From: an uncultured Nitrospiraceae bacterium
Lineage (GTDB): Bacteria > Hydrogenedentota > Hydrogenedentia > Hydrogenedentales > SLHB01
Direction: 5' to 3'
Assembly (NCBI GenBank): GCA_964402555.1
Contig: CAYOCT010000039.1
Span: forward strand, 615-64,614
Length of the DNA stretch: 64,000 nt
Shown: in pieces, positions 29,145 to 37,188 of the stretch
How the letters are laid out: the number at the start of each line of letters is the position of its first letter
How positions within the stretch are numbered: position 1 is the stretch's first letter
Made by a program: the position numbers and the translations under genes
The notes under the pieces: model-generated
Told to the model about the DNA's origin: nothing
The model's database searches: none
What the model saw: the letters and a program-made list of their open reading frames with translations, nothing else

Positions 29145-30067
29145 ACGCAATCGTTACCAAAGCTCTGAGCAAGGCGTACCGAAAGTCGTTCGGGAAACCC
29201 CTGCGTTTCTCGCTGGACGATCTGAATCTCGAGGTCGGCGAGAACGAGGTCTACGGATTTCTCGGACGCAACGGCGCGGGCAAAACGACGACGATCAAAT
29301 TGCTGTGTAGCTTGCTACATCCCACGCGCGGCGAGGCGTTCGTCATGGGCAGCAACGTCCGCACGCCCGAAGCGCGCGCCGCCATCGGTTATCTGCCCGA
29401 GAACCCGTATTTCTACGAGTACCTGACGCCGCGCGAGACGCTCGACTTCTACGGGCGCCTCCAGGGTCTCAGTGCGCCCGCGCGCGAACGCGAATGGGAC
29501 AAGTTGTCGCGTCTGCTGGACCTGCGCGACATCGCCGGACAGCGCGTGCGCGAGTTCTCGAAAGGTATGCGCCAGCGCCTCGGCTTTGCGGTCGCGCTCG
29601 TGGGCGATCCGAAGGTGCTTATCCTCGACGAACCGATGAGCGGCCTCGATCCCCTCGGCCGCCGCGCCATTCGCGAACTCATCCTGAATGTGCACGCGGA
29701 AGGCAAGACCGTCTTCTTCAGTTCGCACGTCCTGGGCGACGTGCAGCAGATCTGCGATCGCGTGGGCATCCTCGTACAAGGCAAGTTGTCCGTGCAAGGA
29801 CGCGTCGATCGATTGCTCGCGGAAAAGATCGAGCACGTCGAGGTTATCGCAGCCGGACTGGACGATACGGCCGCGGCGGCGTTGGCGGATACGGCCATAG
29901 CCACGCGCGTGTCCGAGGCGGGCCGCCATTTCCGCGTGGCCGATCCGGACGCGGCCAACGATCTGGTCCGCGCCATCCATGCGCGCGGCGCGACGCTGGT
30001 CGAGTTCGTGCCCGTTCGCGAGTCGCTCGAAGAGTACTTCATGCGAAAACAGGAGCCTGGCTCATGA
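29141..30067 (+). CDS. ABC transporter ATP-binding protein
   Basis: Walker A GRNGAGKTT, signature FSKGMRQ, LILDEP, SSH. Confidence 0.95.
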   Translation: MNAIVTKALSKAYRKSFGKPLRFSLDDLNLEVGENEVYGFLGRNGAGKTTTIKLLCSLLHPTRGEAFVMGSNVRTPEARAAIGYLPENPYFYEYLTPRETLDFYGRLQGLSAPAREREWDKLSRLLDLRDIAGQRVREFSKGMRQRLGFAVALVGDPKVLILDEPMSGLDPLGRRAIRELILNVHAEGKTVFFSSHVLGDVQQICDRVGILVQGKLSVQGRVDRLLAEKIEHVEVIAAGLDDTAAAALADTAIATRVSEAGRHFRVADPDAANDLVRAIHARGATLVEFVPVRESLEEYFMRKQEPGS

Positions 30068-30822
30068 GGATCCTGGCGGTCGCCCAGAACACGTTCCGCG
30101 AATCCGTGCGCGACAAGGTCCTTTATGTGCTGCTGTTCTTCGCGGCGGCCGCGATCCTAGGCTCGAAGGCCCTGGGCTGGGTCAGCATGGGCCAGGATAT
30201 CAAGATCATGAAGGACGTCTCGCTGGCCGCGATCCTTATCTTCGGCGTCCTCATCGCCATCTTTGTGGGCACGAACCTCGTCTACAAGGAGATCGACAAG
30301 CGCACGCTCTACACGATCCTCGCGCGGCCCATGCGCCGCTACGAGTTTATTCTCGGCAAGTATCTCGGCCTCGCGGCGTTGCTCGCGCTGGTCACCGTGG
30401 TCATGACCGCCGTGGCCGCGGCATACGTCATGGCCCTCGGCGGAGCGCTGTCGCTGTCCTTCTTCCTTGCCGCCGCGCTCATCTATGCCGAGCTCCTGCT
30501 CGTCACCGCGTTCGCCATTCTGCTTTCGTCGGTGGCATCGCCGATTCTCGGGGCGCTCATCGTGTTCTCGATCTTCCTGTTCGGGCACGCCACGACGATC
30601 CTCGTGGATCTGCCGCAACAGATCGAGGGCGCATCGCGGCAGATGCTGACGCTCGTCTATTACGTCGTGCCGAACCTCAACAATTTCAACATCCGCGCGG
30701 AAGCGGCGAACGGCGTGGCCGTGGCTCCGGCGTACGTCGCGTGGGCGCTGGCGTACGGAGCAGCCTACACCGCGTTTCTACTGATCCTCGCGGCATGGGC
30801 CTTCGAGCGAAAGGACGTGTAG
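30064..30822 (+). CDS. ABC-2 type permease (PilI/NosY-like)
   Basis: MRILAVAQNTFRESVRDK, KEIDKRTLYTILARP..RYEFILGKYLG, 6 TMs. ATG overlaps the upstream stop. Confidence 0.88.
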   Translation: MRILAVAQNTFRESVRDKVLYVLLFFAAAAILGSKALGWVSMGQDIKIMKDVSLAAILIFGVLIAIFVGTNLVYKEIDKRTLYTILARPMRRYEFILGKYLGLAALLALVTVVMTAVAAAYVMALGGALSLSFFLAAALIYAELLLVTAFAILLSSVASPILGALIVFSIFLFGHATTILVDLPQQIEGASRQMLTLVYYVVPNLNNFNIRAEAANGVAVAPAYVAWALAYGAAYTAFLLILAAWAFERKDV

Positions 30823-30826
30823 ACGT

Positions 30827-31852
30827 ATGACGCGCACGTGGACCGCTTTCGTGTCCATCGCCGTCCTGGCGGCGTTCGCGTGCACGGTTGTCGCGCAACG
30901 CCACATGGACGCTCTGCGCCACGACACGTTTCACGACGAACTGCTATCGATGCCGAACGAACATCTGCTCGGACATTTCACCGCGGGCATGGACAGCGTC
31001 ATTGCGGACGTGTTGTGGATTAAGTTCATCCGCTATACCTCCGAGCACTTCAAGGGCGACGGCAAGTTCACCTGGCTGAATCACATGGCCGGGATGATCA
31101 CGCGCCTCGATCCGTACTTCGTCGCGGCGTACCGCTATGGCGGGATGTTCCTCGCCGCGCTCGACGCCAACGATAGCGCCAGCATCGACCTGCTGAAGCG
31201 GGGCATGGCGCGCAATCCCGAGTCGTGGGAATTGCCCTACGAGATCTCGATGACCTATCTGCTCAACCGCGCGGCGGACCCTGCGTCGCCCGTCCATGCC
31301 GCGCAGTTCCTCGCCATGGCGGTCGAGACCGGCCATGCGCCGCAGTTCGTGGCCGAGACCGCCGTAAGCCTGCAATCGGCGCACAATCTAGCTGACGTCG
31401 AACGGCGTATGTGGGAGGCCACGCGCGCCAACGGCGATCCGTTTATGCGGGGCCTCGCCGAACGCAAGCTCATCGAGATCGGGCTGCGCGACGCCTGCGA
31501 TCGACTGGACCAAGCCGTATCGATGTACACCCAGCGTTTCAACCGCGCCCCGGCAAGCCTGGCCGATCTCGTGACGCAACGCATCATCGAGGCCGTTCCC
31601 GTGGACCCGCTGGGCGGAACGTTCTTGCTCGATAGCAACGGCAAGGCTCAGAACACGACGGTGCTCGATAGCCGCGTGGCGCGCCTGCGCAACAATCTCC
31701 GAACGGCCGTCGAATCCTATCGGCGGCTCAAGGGGATCTTCCCGGCCAATCTGCACGGTCTCGTGGAGGAGCGCATTATGGAGCGGCTTCCCGCCCATCC
31801 GTACGCCGATCGTTCCTGGCGGTACGATCCCGCGACGGGCGCGGTGGAGTAG
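30827..31852 (+). CDS. Membrane-anchored TPR-like protein with two GspG/pilin-like C-terminal repeats (PilG/XapA-like)
   Basis: N-terminal TM; LDPYF..AYRYGG, GMARNPESWELPY; repeated Y...G..PA.L..LV...I...P.DP motif. Confidence 0.55.
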   Translation: MTRTWTAFVSIAVLAAFACTVVAQRHMDALRHDTFHDELLSMPNEHLLGHFTAGMDSVIADVLWIKFIRYTSEHFKGDGKFTWLNHMAGMITRLDPYFVAAYRYGGMFLAALDANDSASIDLLKRGMARNPESWELPYEISMTYLLNRAADPASPVHAAQFLAMAVETGHAPQFVAETAVSLQSAHNLADVERRMWEATRANGDPFMRGLAERKLIEIGLRDACDRLDQAVSMYTQRFNRAPASLADLVTQRIIEAVPVDPLGGTFLLDSNGKAQNTTVLDSRVARLRNNLRTAVESYRRLKGIFPANLHGLVEERIMERLPAHPYADRSWRYDPATGAVE

Positions 31853-32852
31853 CTCGCGCTGTAGCTTCGGGCGATACGCACAAGTCGGTGATGAGCGGCC
31901 GATGATCGGAGCCGATACCAGGGCCGACTCGCGTCGCGACGACTTCGATGCCGGCGCTCACGAACATCTGATCGATGCCGACGCCCAACGGACCAAGAAA
32001 CGAGGGCCACGTGCCGAGCATGCCGAGGCCTTGCCGCACGCTGACCAAGCCGGTTTCGCGCAGGAACACGCGGCACAACGGCGACCACGGTCCGCTGTTG
32101 AGATCTCCCGCGACAATGACTGGCTTGGCAAGCGTCTTCACGAATTGCGTCAAGGCCCGCATTTGTTCGTGGTGACGGATTGCGCGGTCGGGAGAAAAGG
32201 GCGACGCGAGATGCACGTGCACCAGGGACACCGTGACGCCGTTCACGCACAAGCGCGTCAGGACGCCAGGAATCCCCTCCGCCTCGATGGATCGCGGCGC
32301 ATCGGATTTCACGCGCAAATACTGCCCCAAGTCGCATCGACGGCCGTTGGGACGAGGCAGAAAGGCTTTCTCCGGAAATACCGATTCGAGCGCGCTTAGA
32401 CGTCGCTCCCATTCCGTATCGACCTCTTCGAGCAGGACCACGCCCGGGCTGGCGTCGCGGATGAGTTTCTCCAGCGCCTCCGGGTCGCCGTTATGATCGT
32501 ATACGTTGGATTGAACGATGCGCAGGTTCGGAACGGCGCTCGCCTGCGCACGATTAGGGCTCTCCAGGTAGAGCGGCGCGACCAGTATCGCAACGGCGCA
32601 GACGCAGACCGCGCCGGCACACGCGCTGCGATAGGCGCGAAACACAAGGCCCACGAACGTGCCCGCGGCGCTCAGGAACAAGTAACAAGGAACCCAATAG
32701 GCGGTTCCTTCGACGTACCACGGACCGATGCCGGCGTAGGTGCATACCGTCCCAATCACGGCAAGGACGATGGCAGCCTGGCCCGCGAGGATCGCGGCAC
32801 GGCAGAGCTGACGTAGAACCTTCTGGCGCGTATCGGTCGCTTCGACTGGCAT
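31776..32852 (-). CDS. Endonuclease/exonuclease/phosphatase-family protein with N-terminal TMs
   Basis: QSNV, LLEEV, VAGDLNS, IDQMF, GSDHRP. Confidence 0.85.
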   Translation of the reverse strand: MPVEATDTRQKVLRQLCRAAILAGQAAIVLAVIGTVCTYAGIGPWYVEGTAYWVPCYLFLSAAGTFVGLVFRAYRSACAGAVCVCAVAILVAPLYLESPNRAQASAVPNLRIVQSNVYDHNGDPEALEKLIRDASPGVVLLEEVDTEWERRLSALESVFPEKAFLPRPNGRRCDLGQYLRVKSDAPRSIEAEGIPGVLTRLCVNGVTVSLVHVHLASPFSPDRAIRHHEQMRALTQFVKTLAKPVIVAGDLNSGPWSPLCRVFLRETGLVSVRQGLGMLGTWPSFLGPLGVGIDQMFVSAGIEVVATRVGPGIGSDHRPLITDLCVSPEATARATPPRPSRDRTARNDRRTDGREAAP

Positions 32853-33031
32853 ACGGGTAGGATTACCTCAGAATCCTTCTATGAGTATTGACGAGGCGGC
32901 GGGCCATTCAGTTTCACCGGGTCTATCGAGCGTGCTAACGTTGCGTCGTTCCGAATCCGCATCAGGCGCGCGAGAGTCAAAGAGAATGGCGCGCACGATG
33001 CGTAGCGAGTCAGAAGGAGGATGAACCAGCC

Positions 33032-33607
33032 ATGGCCGAGGAAAGCCGGCGTTTCGATCCAAAGAAGTGCGATAAGTTGTTGAGCGAAGAGCGTTGGGCG
33101 AAATGGAATCCGCCCGTATTGTTCGCCGCGGCTGGCGTTCGCGAAGGCATGGCCGTGCTCGACCTAGGATGCGGCCCGGGATTCTGGACGCTGCCGCTCG
33201 CGGAGATCGTTGGGCCGGGCGGGCAAGTCGTCGCGCTGGATGTGAGCCAGGAGTTGCTCGATGCACTTATGGCGCGGACGCCGCCCCCGCAGGTCTGGCC
33301 GTTCCTCGGCGAACTCCCCGCGATCGGATTGCCGGATGCCTCGGTGGACTTCATCTGGGCGGCCTTCGTCTATCACGAAGTCGAGAACCCTTCGGCGCTG
33401 GTCTCGGAAATGCGCCGCGTACTGCGCCCTGAGGGAACCGTGGCCGTGCTCGATTGGCGGCCGGATGCGGTAAGCGAGAACGGCCCTCCTCGATCGGATC
33501 GAGTCGCTCCGGAAGACGTGGCCGCGGCGCTGGAAATGGGAGGCCTGCGCAACAGCGCCATAGTGTGGAAGGACGAAGACACGTATCGTGTCGAAGCGCG
33601 CGCCTAA
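33032..33607 (+). CDS. Class I SAM-dependent methyltransferase
   Basis: VLDLGCGPGFWT, VYHEV, RRVLRPEG. Confidence 0.9.
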   Translation: MAEESRRFDPKKCDKLLSEERWAKWNPPVLFAAAGVREGMAVLDLGCGPGFWTLPLAEIVGPGGQVVALDVSQELLDALMARTPPPQVWPFLGELPAIGLPDASVDFIWAAFVYHEVENPSALVSEMRRVLRPEGTVAVLDWRPDAVSENGPPRSDRVAPEDVAAALEMGGLRNSAIVWKDEDTYRVEARA

Positions 33608-33631
33608 GCAATCATACGCATAGGAGGCATC

Positions 33632-34480
33632 ATGGATAATCGTGTGGAGGTGTTGATACTCGCGGATAACACGGCGGCGGTTCCGGAACTTCCGGCGGAA
33701 CACGGTTTGTCGATGTGGGTGTGCGCGGACGGCAAGCGCGTCCTGTTCGATACGGGCATGGGCGTTGTCCTGGCCGGCAATGCCGCGTCGCTCGGCGTCG
33801 ATCTGGGCACAACCGACGCCCTGGTGTTCAGCCATGGCCACTTCGATCACACGGGCGGGCTGCCGCACGTGCTCGACGCGGGCGCGACGCCGAAGATCTT
33901 CATGCACCCGGACGCGACGGGAGCGCATTACGGCAGCCTGCAAATGCCGCCAGCAAGGCCGATCGGGATGCGTCCCGACGTTGCGCAACTGCTTGCCTCG
34001 CGCGCCGCGGACATCGTATCCACCGTCGAGCCCGTCCGCGTAACGGAACACGTCTGGGCTACGGGGCCGATCCCGCGCCGCACCGACTTCGAAGATACGG
34101 GCGGGCCGTTCTATGTGGACGAGGAATGCGCGCACAAGGACCCCATCACCGACGACCAGGCGCTATGGCTCGAAACTGCCGAGGGGATCGTGGTGCTGTT
34201 GGGCTGCGCGCATTCGGGCGTGGTCAACACGCTCGACTACATCGCCGAGCGCAACGGCGCGGCGCGCTTCCGTGCGGTGGTCGGCGGCATGCACCTGCTC
34301 AACGCATCCGAAGACCGCATTGCCGCCACGGTTGATGCCTTGAATCGCTACGAAGTCGATCTCATCGTGCCGTGCCATTGCACGGGAGAGGCCGTCATCC
34401 CGCGCCTCGCCGAACGCTTTGGCAACCGCTACGCGTGCGCAGTCACCGGGAGCCGGTTTGCATGGGCGGCGTGCAACTGA
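33632..34480 (+). CDS. MBL-fold metallo-hydrolase
   Basis: AEHGLSM, FDTG, SHGHFDHTGG, GCAHSG, GGMHL, PCHCTG. Confidence 0.9.
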   Translation: MDNRVEVLILADNTAAVPELPAEHGLSMWVCADGKRVLFDTGMGVVLAGNAASLGVDLGTTDALVFSHGHFDHTGGLPHVLDAGATPKIFMHPDATGAHYGSLQMPPARPIGMRPDVAQLLASRAADIVSTVEPVRVTEHVWATGPIPRRTDFEDTGGPFYVDEECAHKDPITDDQALWLETAEGIVVLLGCAHSGVVNTLDYIAERNGAARFRAVVGGMHLLNASEDRIAATVDALNRYEVDLIVPCHCTGEAVIPRLAERFGNRYACAVTGSRFAWAACN

Positions 34481-34497
34481 ACGTATAGGAGAAGGTC

Positions 34498-35622
34498 GTG
34501 GAAGGAGAGCGCTACGCCTATCTCGACAATCTGCGGGCGAGTCTCACCGCGCTGGTCATCTGCCATCACGCGAACGCCGCGTACGGTTCGCCGGGTGGCT
34601 GGTACTACATCGTGCACGAGCGTGGCGGCGTCCTCACCGAGATCTTGACGACCATGTTCGCCGGCGTGACACAAGCGTTCTTCATGAGTTCGTTCTTTCT
34701 GATCTCGGCGTTCTTCACCGCGCCCGGCTACGACCGTAAAGGCCCGTGGCGCTACACGAAGCGCAGGGCGCTCCGGTTGGGTGTCCCGTTCTTGGTGTAC
34801 TTCTATGTGCTCAGCGTCGTGCTGAGCTACATTATCCACTGCTTCGAAGGCCACTCGGACCTGGGATTCTTCGCGTACTTCGCCTCGCGTTTCTTGCGCC
34901 ATACCGAGCCGGGACCGCTTTGGTTCGCGTTTGCGCTCATGGTCTTCGAGAGTGTGTACATCGCCTATCGCTTGATCGCGGATCGTCTCGGCCGCGCCAA
35001 GCGAAGCTATCCGCTTCCCACGGATCGCCAGGTCCTGCTGTTCCTCATCGCCATCGGCGTCTTCACGTTTCTATTCCGGCAATGGCAGCCACTCACCGTG
35101 TCGTTCTTCCACATGCGCCTGGCGTTCTTCCCCATGTACGTGTGCATGTTCGTATTTGGGCTGATGGCGTATCGATCGGGCTGGTTCAAGGACCTGAGCG
35201 CGCAGCAGGCGAACCGCTGGTTTCGCGTCTCGCTCGTGGCCATCGCGATAGCGCCGCTCGTCATGATCCTGAACGCCGCGCTCGGCTACGACGCGTACAA
35301 GTTCTGGGAAGGGTTCACCTGGCAATGCTACGCGTACGCCGCATGGGAGCCGTTCCTCTGCATCGGCATCAACATGAAGCTCATCGTGCTGTACCGCGAG
35401 CGCTTCGACTGGTCGAACGCGTTCACCCAGCGCATGGCCAAGAGCGCCTTCACCGCCTACATCTTCCACGCGTTCTTCATCGTCGTCGCGACCTACCTCT
35501 TCACCTTCTTCTCGATCGGCAGAGTCCCCGAGATCCTGCTCATGTGGCCCATCACAGTCATCCCCTGCTTCCTCTTCGCCGACGCCTTCAGGCGCTTGCC
35601 GCTGGCCAGGAAGATCCTCTGA
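34498..35622 (+). CDS. Acyltransferase family 3 (OpgC/MdoC-like)
   Basis: YLDNLR..L..LVICHH, FFMSSFFLISAFF, GPLWF, about 10 TMs. Confidence 0.88.
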   Translation: MEGERYAYLDNLRASLTALVICHHANAAYGSPGGWYYIVHERGGVLTEILTTMFAGVTQAFFMSSFFLISAFFTAPGYDRKGPWRYTKRRALRLGVPFLVYFYVLSVVLSYIIHCFEGHSDLGFFAYFASRFLRHTEPGPLWFAFALMVFESVYIAYRLIADRLGRAKRSYPLPTDRQVLLFLIAIGVFTFLFRQWQPLTVSFFHMRLAFFPMYVCMFVFGLMAYRSGWFKDLSAQQANRWFRVSLVAIAIAPLVMILNAALGYDAYKFWEGFTWQCYAYAAWEPFLCIGINMKLIVLYRERFDWSNAFTQRMAKSAFTAYIFHAFFIVVATYLFTFFSIGRVPEILLMWPITVIPCFLFADAFRRLPLARKIL

Positions 35623-35662
35623 GCTTCTCGGCAGGGGGTGAGTGCACGAGAAGAAGAACGAT

Positions 35663-35746
35663 ATTAACCACCGATGAACACCGATAAACACCGATGTACG
35701 TTACTGCAAGACAATCGGTGTTTATCGGTGTTCATCGGTGGTTAAT
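35663..35746. repeat. 33-bp perfect inverted repeat with internal 10-nt periodicity
   Basis: attaaccaccgatgaacaccgataaacaccgat - 18 nt - atcggtgtttatcggtgttcatcggtggttaat, between convergent genes. Confidence 0.92.
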
Positions 35747-35764
35747 CGAAGTGGCCTTGTCGCT

Positions 35765-37165
35765 CTACCCGACCGCCGCCGTGCCGCCGATGGTGAGTTC
35801 GCGGATGCGGAGGGTAGGCTGGCCGCTGGTCACGGGGACGCCTTGGCCACCTTTGCCGCACGTGCCCAGGTCAAAGCCGACGTCGTTGCCGACGCCTTCG
35901 ATCGCGTTGAGGACGTCGGGGCCGTTGCCGATCAGCGTCGCGCCGCGGACGGGGATTTCGGCCTTGCCTTGGCGGATGAGGTATCCCTCGCCGACATCGA
36001 ATACGAAATCGCCATTGAGCGGATTGACCTGTCCGCCGCCCATTTGGCGCACGTAGAGGCCGTGGCTCGCCGATGCGAGCAAATCCTCAGGGATTGCGCT
36101 GCCGGGCGCGATAAAGGTGTTGGTCATTCTGGGAATCGGCTTGTGCTGGTACGATTCTCGGCGTCCGTTGCCGGTGGGCGCATGGCCCATTTTGCGCGCG
36201 GTGCGCAGGTCGTTGAGGAAGCGGACCAGCCGCCCTTCGTCGATCAACACGGTGCGCTGGGTGGGCGTGCCTTCGTCGTCGACGCCGCAACTCCCGCGCC
36301 GGCCCGGCAACGTTCCGTCGTCGACCACGGTGACTTCAGGCACGGCGATCGTCTCGCCGAGTCGCCCGCAGTACTTCGACATGCCCTTGTCGATATGATC
36401 CGCTTCGAGTCCATGGCCGACGGCCTCGTGAATCAGCGTGCCGCCTGCCTCGCCGGCGATCACCACCGGCATGCGCCCCGCCGGCGCGGGATCGGCGTCG
36501 AGCATCAGGCAGGCCTTTCGGGCGGCGGCGCGCCCGATGGCCTCGGGATCTTCGGTATCGAACAACTCGAAGCCCATCGTGCCGCCAACAAAATGATAGC
36601 CGGTTTGAATCACGCCGCCATCCGCCGCGACCGCATGCGCCATCATGTAGATCTGCGGCCGGAGGTATTCGGCGAAGCGCCCCTCGGAATTTACGATGAT
36701 GGCTCGGCGCAACGCGTCCACGTACATCACGGCCACTTGAACGACCCGCGGATCGGTGTCGCGCGCGGCGCGTTCGGCCTGCGCCACGAGTTCCGCCTTC
36801 TTCGCCGTAGGGATTCCGCGCGGCACGACGCGTACGGGTAGAGCGTAGCATTCGGGCGCGAAATCGTAGCGATACGCCTGCCGTTCCTCCGAAGCGCCGC
36901 CCGCCACGGTCGAGGCCAGCTTGAGCAGCCCGTCCAGCGAAACATCGTTGGTGTGCGCGTACAGCGTTCGCTCGCCGGTCAAAATGCGGATGCCCGCGCC
37001 GATATCGGACCCCGTCGTAACGCGTTCGACCTTGCGGTCCTCGAACCTGATCGAGGTCGTAGCGGACTCTTCGTAATAGATCTCGCCCAGCCCGCCGCCG
37101 TTAGACAGCGCCCGTTCGAGAATCGCTTCGCCGTGAGTTTCGAGATCGATTTCGTTTGTTCTCAT
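35765..37165 (-). CDS. tldD: TldD/PmbA family metalloprotease TldD
   Basis: HEAVGHGLEAD, DDEGTP, GNGRRESY.H.PIPRMTNT, GGGQV, CGKGGQ.VPV..GQP. Confidence 0.95.
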   Translation of the reverse strand: MRTNEIDLETHGEAILERALSNGGGLGEIYYEESATTSIRFEDRKVERVTTGSDIGAGIRILTGERTLYAHTNDVSLDGLLKLASTVAGGASEERQAYRYDFAPECYALPVRVVPRGIPTAKKAELVAQAERAARDTDPRVVQVAVMYVDALRRAIIVNSEGRFAEYLRPQIYMMAHAVAADGGVIQTGYHFVGGTMGFELFDTEDPEAIGRAAARKACLMLDADPAPAGRMPVVIAGEAGGTLIHEAVGHGLEADHIDKGMSKYCGRLGETIAVPEVTVVDDGTLPGRRGSCGVDDEGTPTQRTVLIDEGRLVRFLNDLRTARKMGHAPTGNGRRESYQHKPIPRMTNTFIAPGSAIPEDLLASASHGLYVRQMGGGQVNPLNGDFVFDVGEGYLIRQGKAEIPVRGATLIGNGPDVLNAIEGVGNDVGFDLGTCGKGGQGVPVTSGQPTLRIRELTIGGTAAVG

Positions 37166-37188
37166 TCAGCCGGGATCCTGCACGTCAG

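Noticed and set aside
31776-31852. 77-nt convergent overlap between the EEP gene and the TPR-like gene
   Set aside because: The EEP tail is low-complexity and beyond the conserved SDH motif; most likely a simple stop-codon drift.
35663-35746. CRISPR-like array
   Set aside because: Units are 10 nt, inverted and lack unique spacers; no cas genes in the window.
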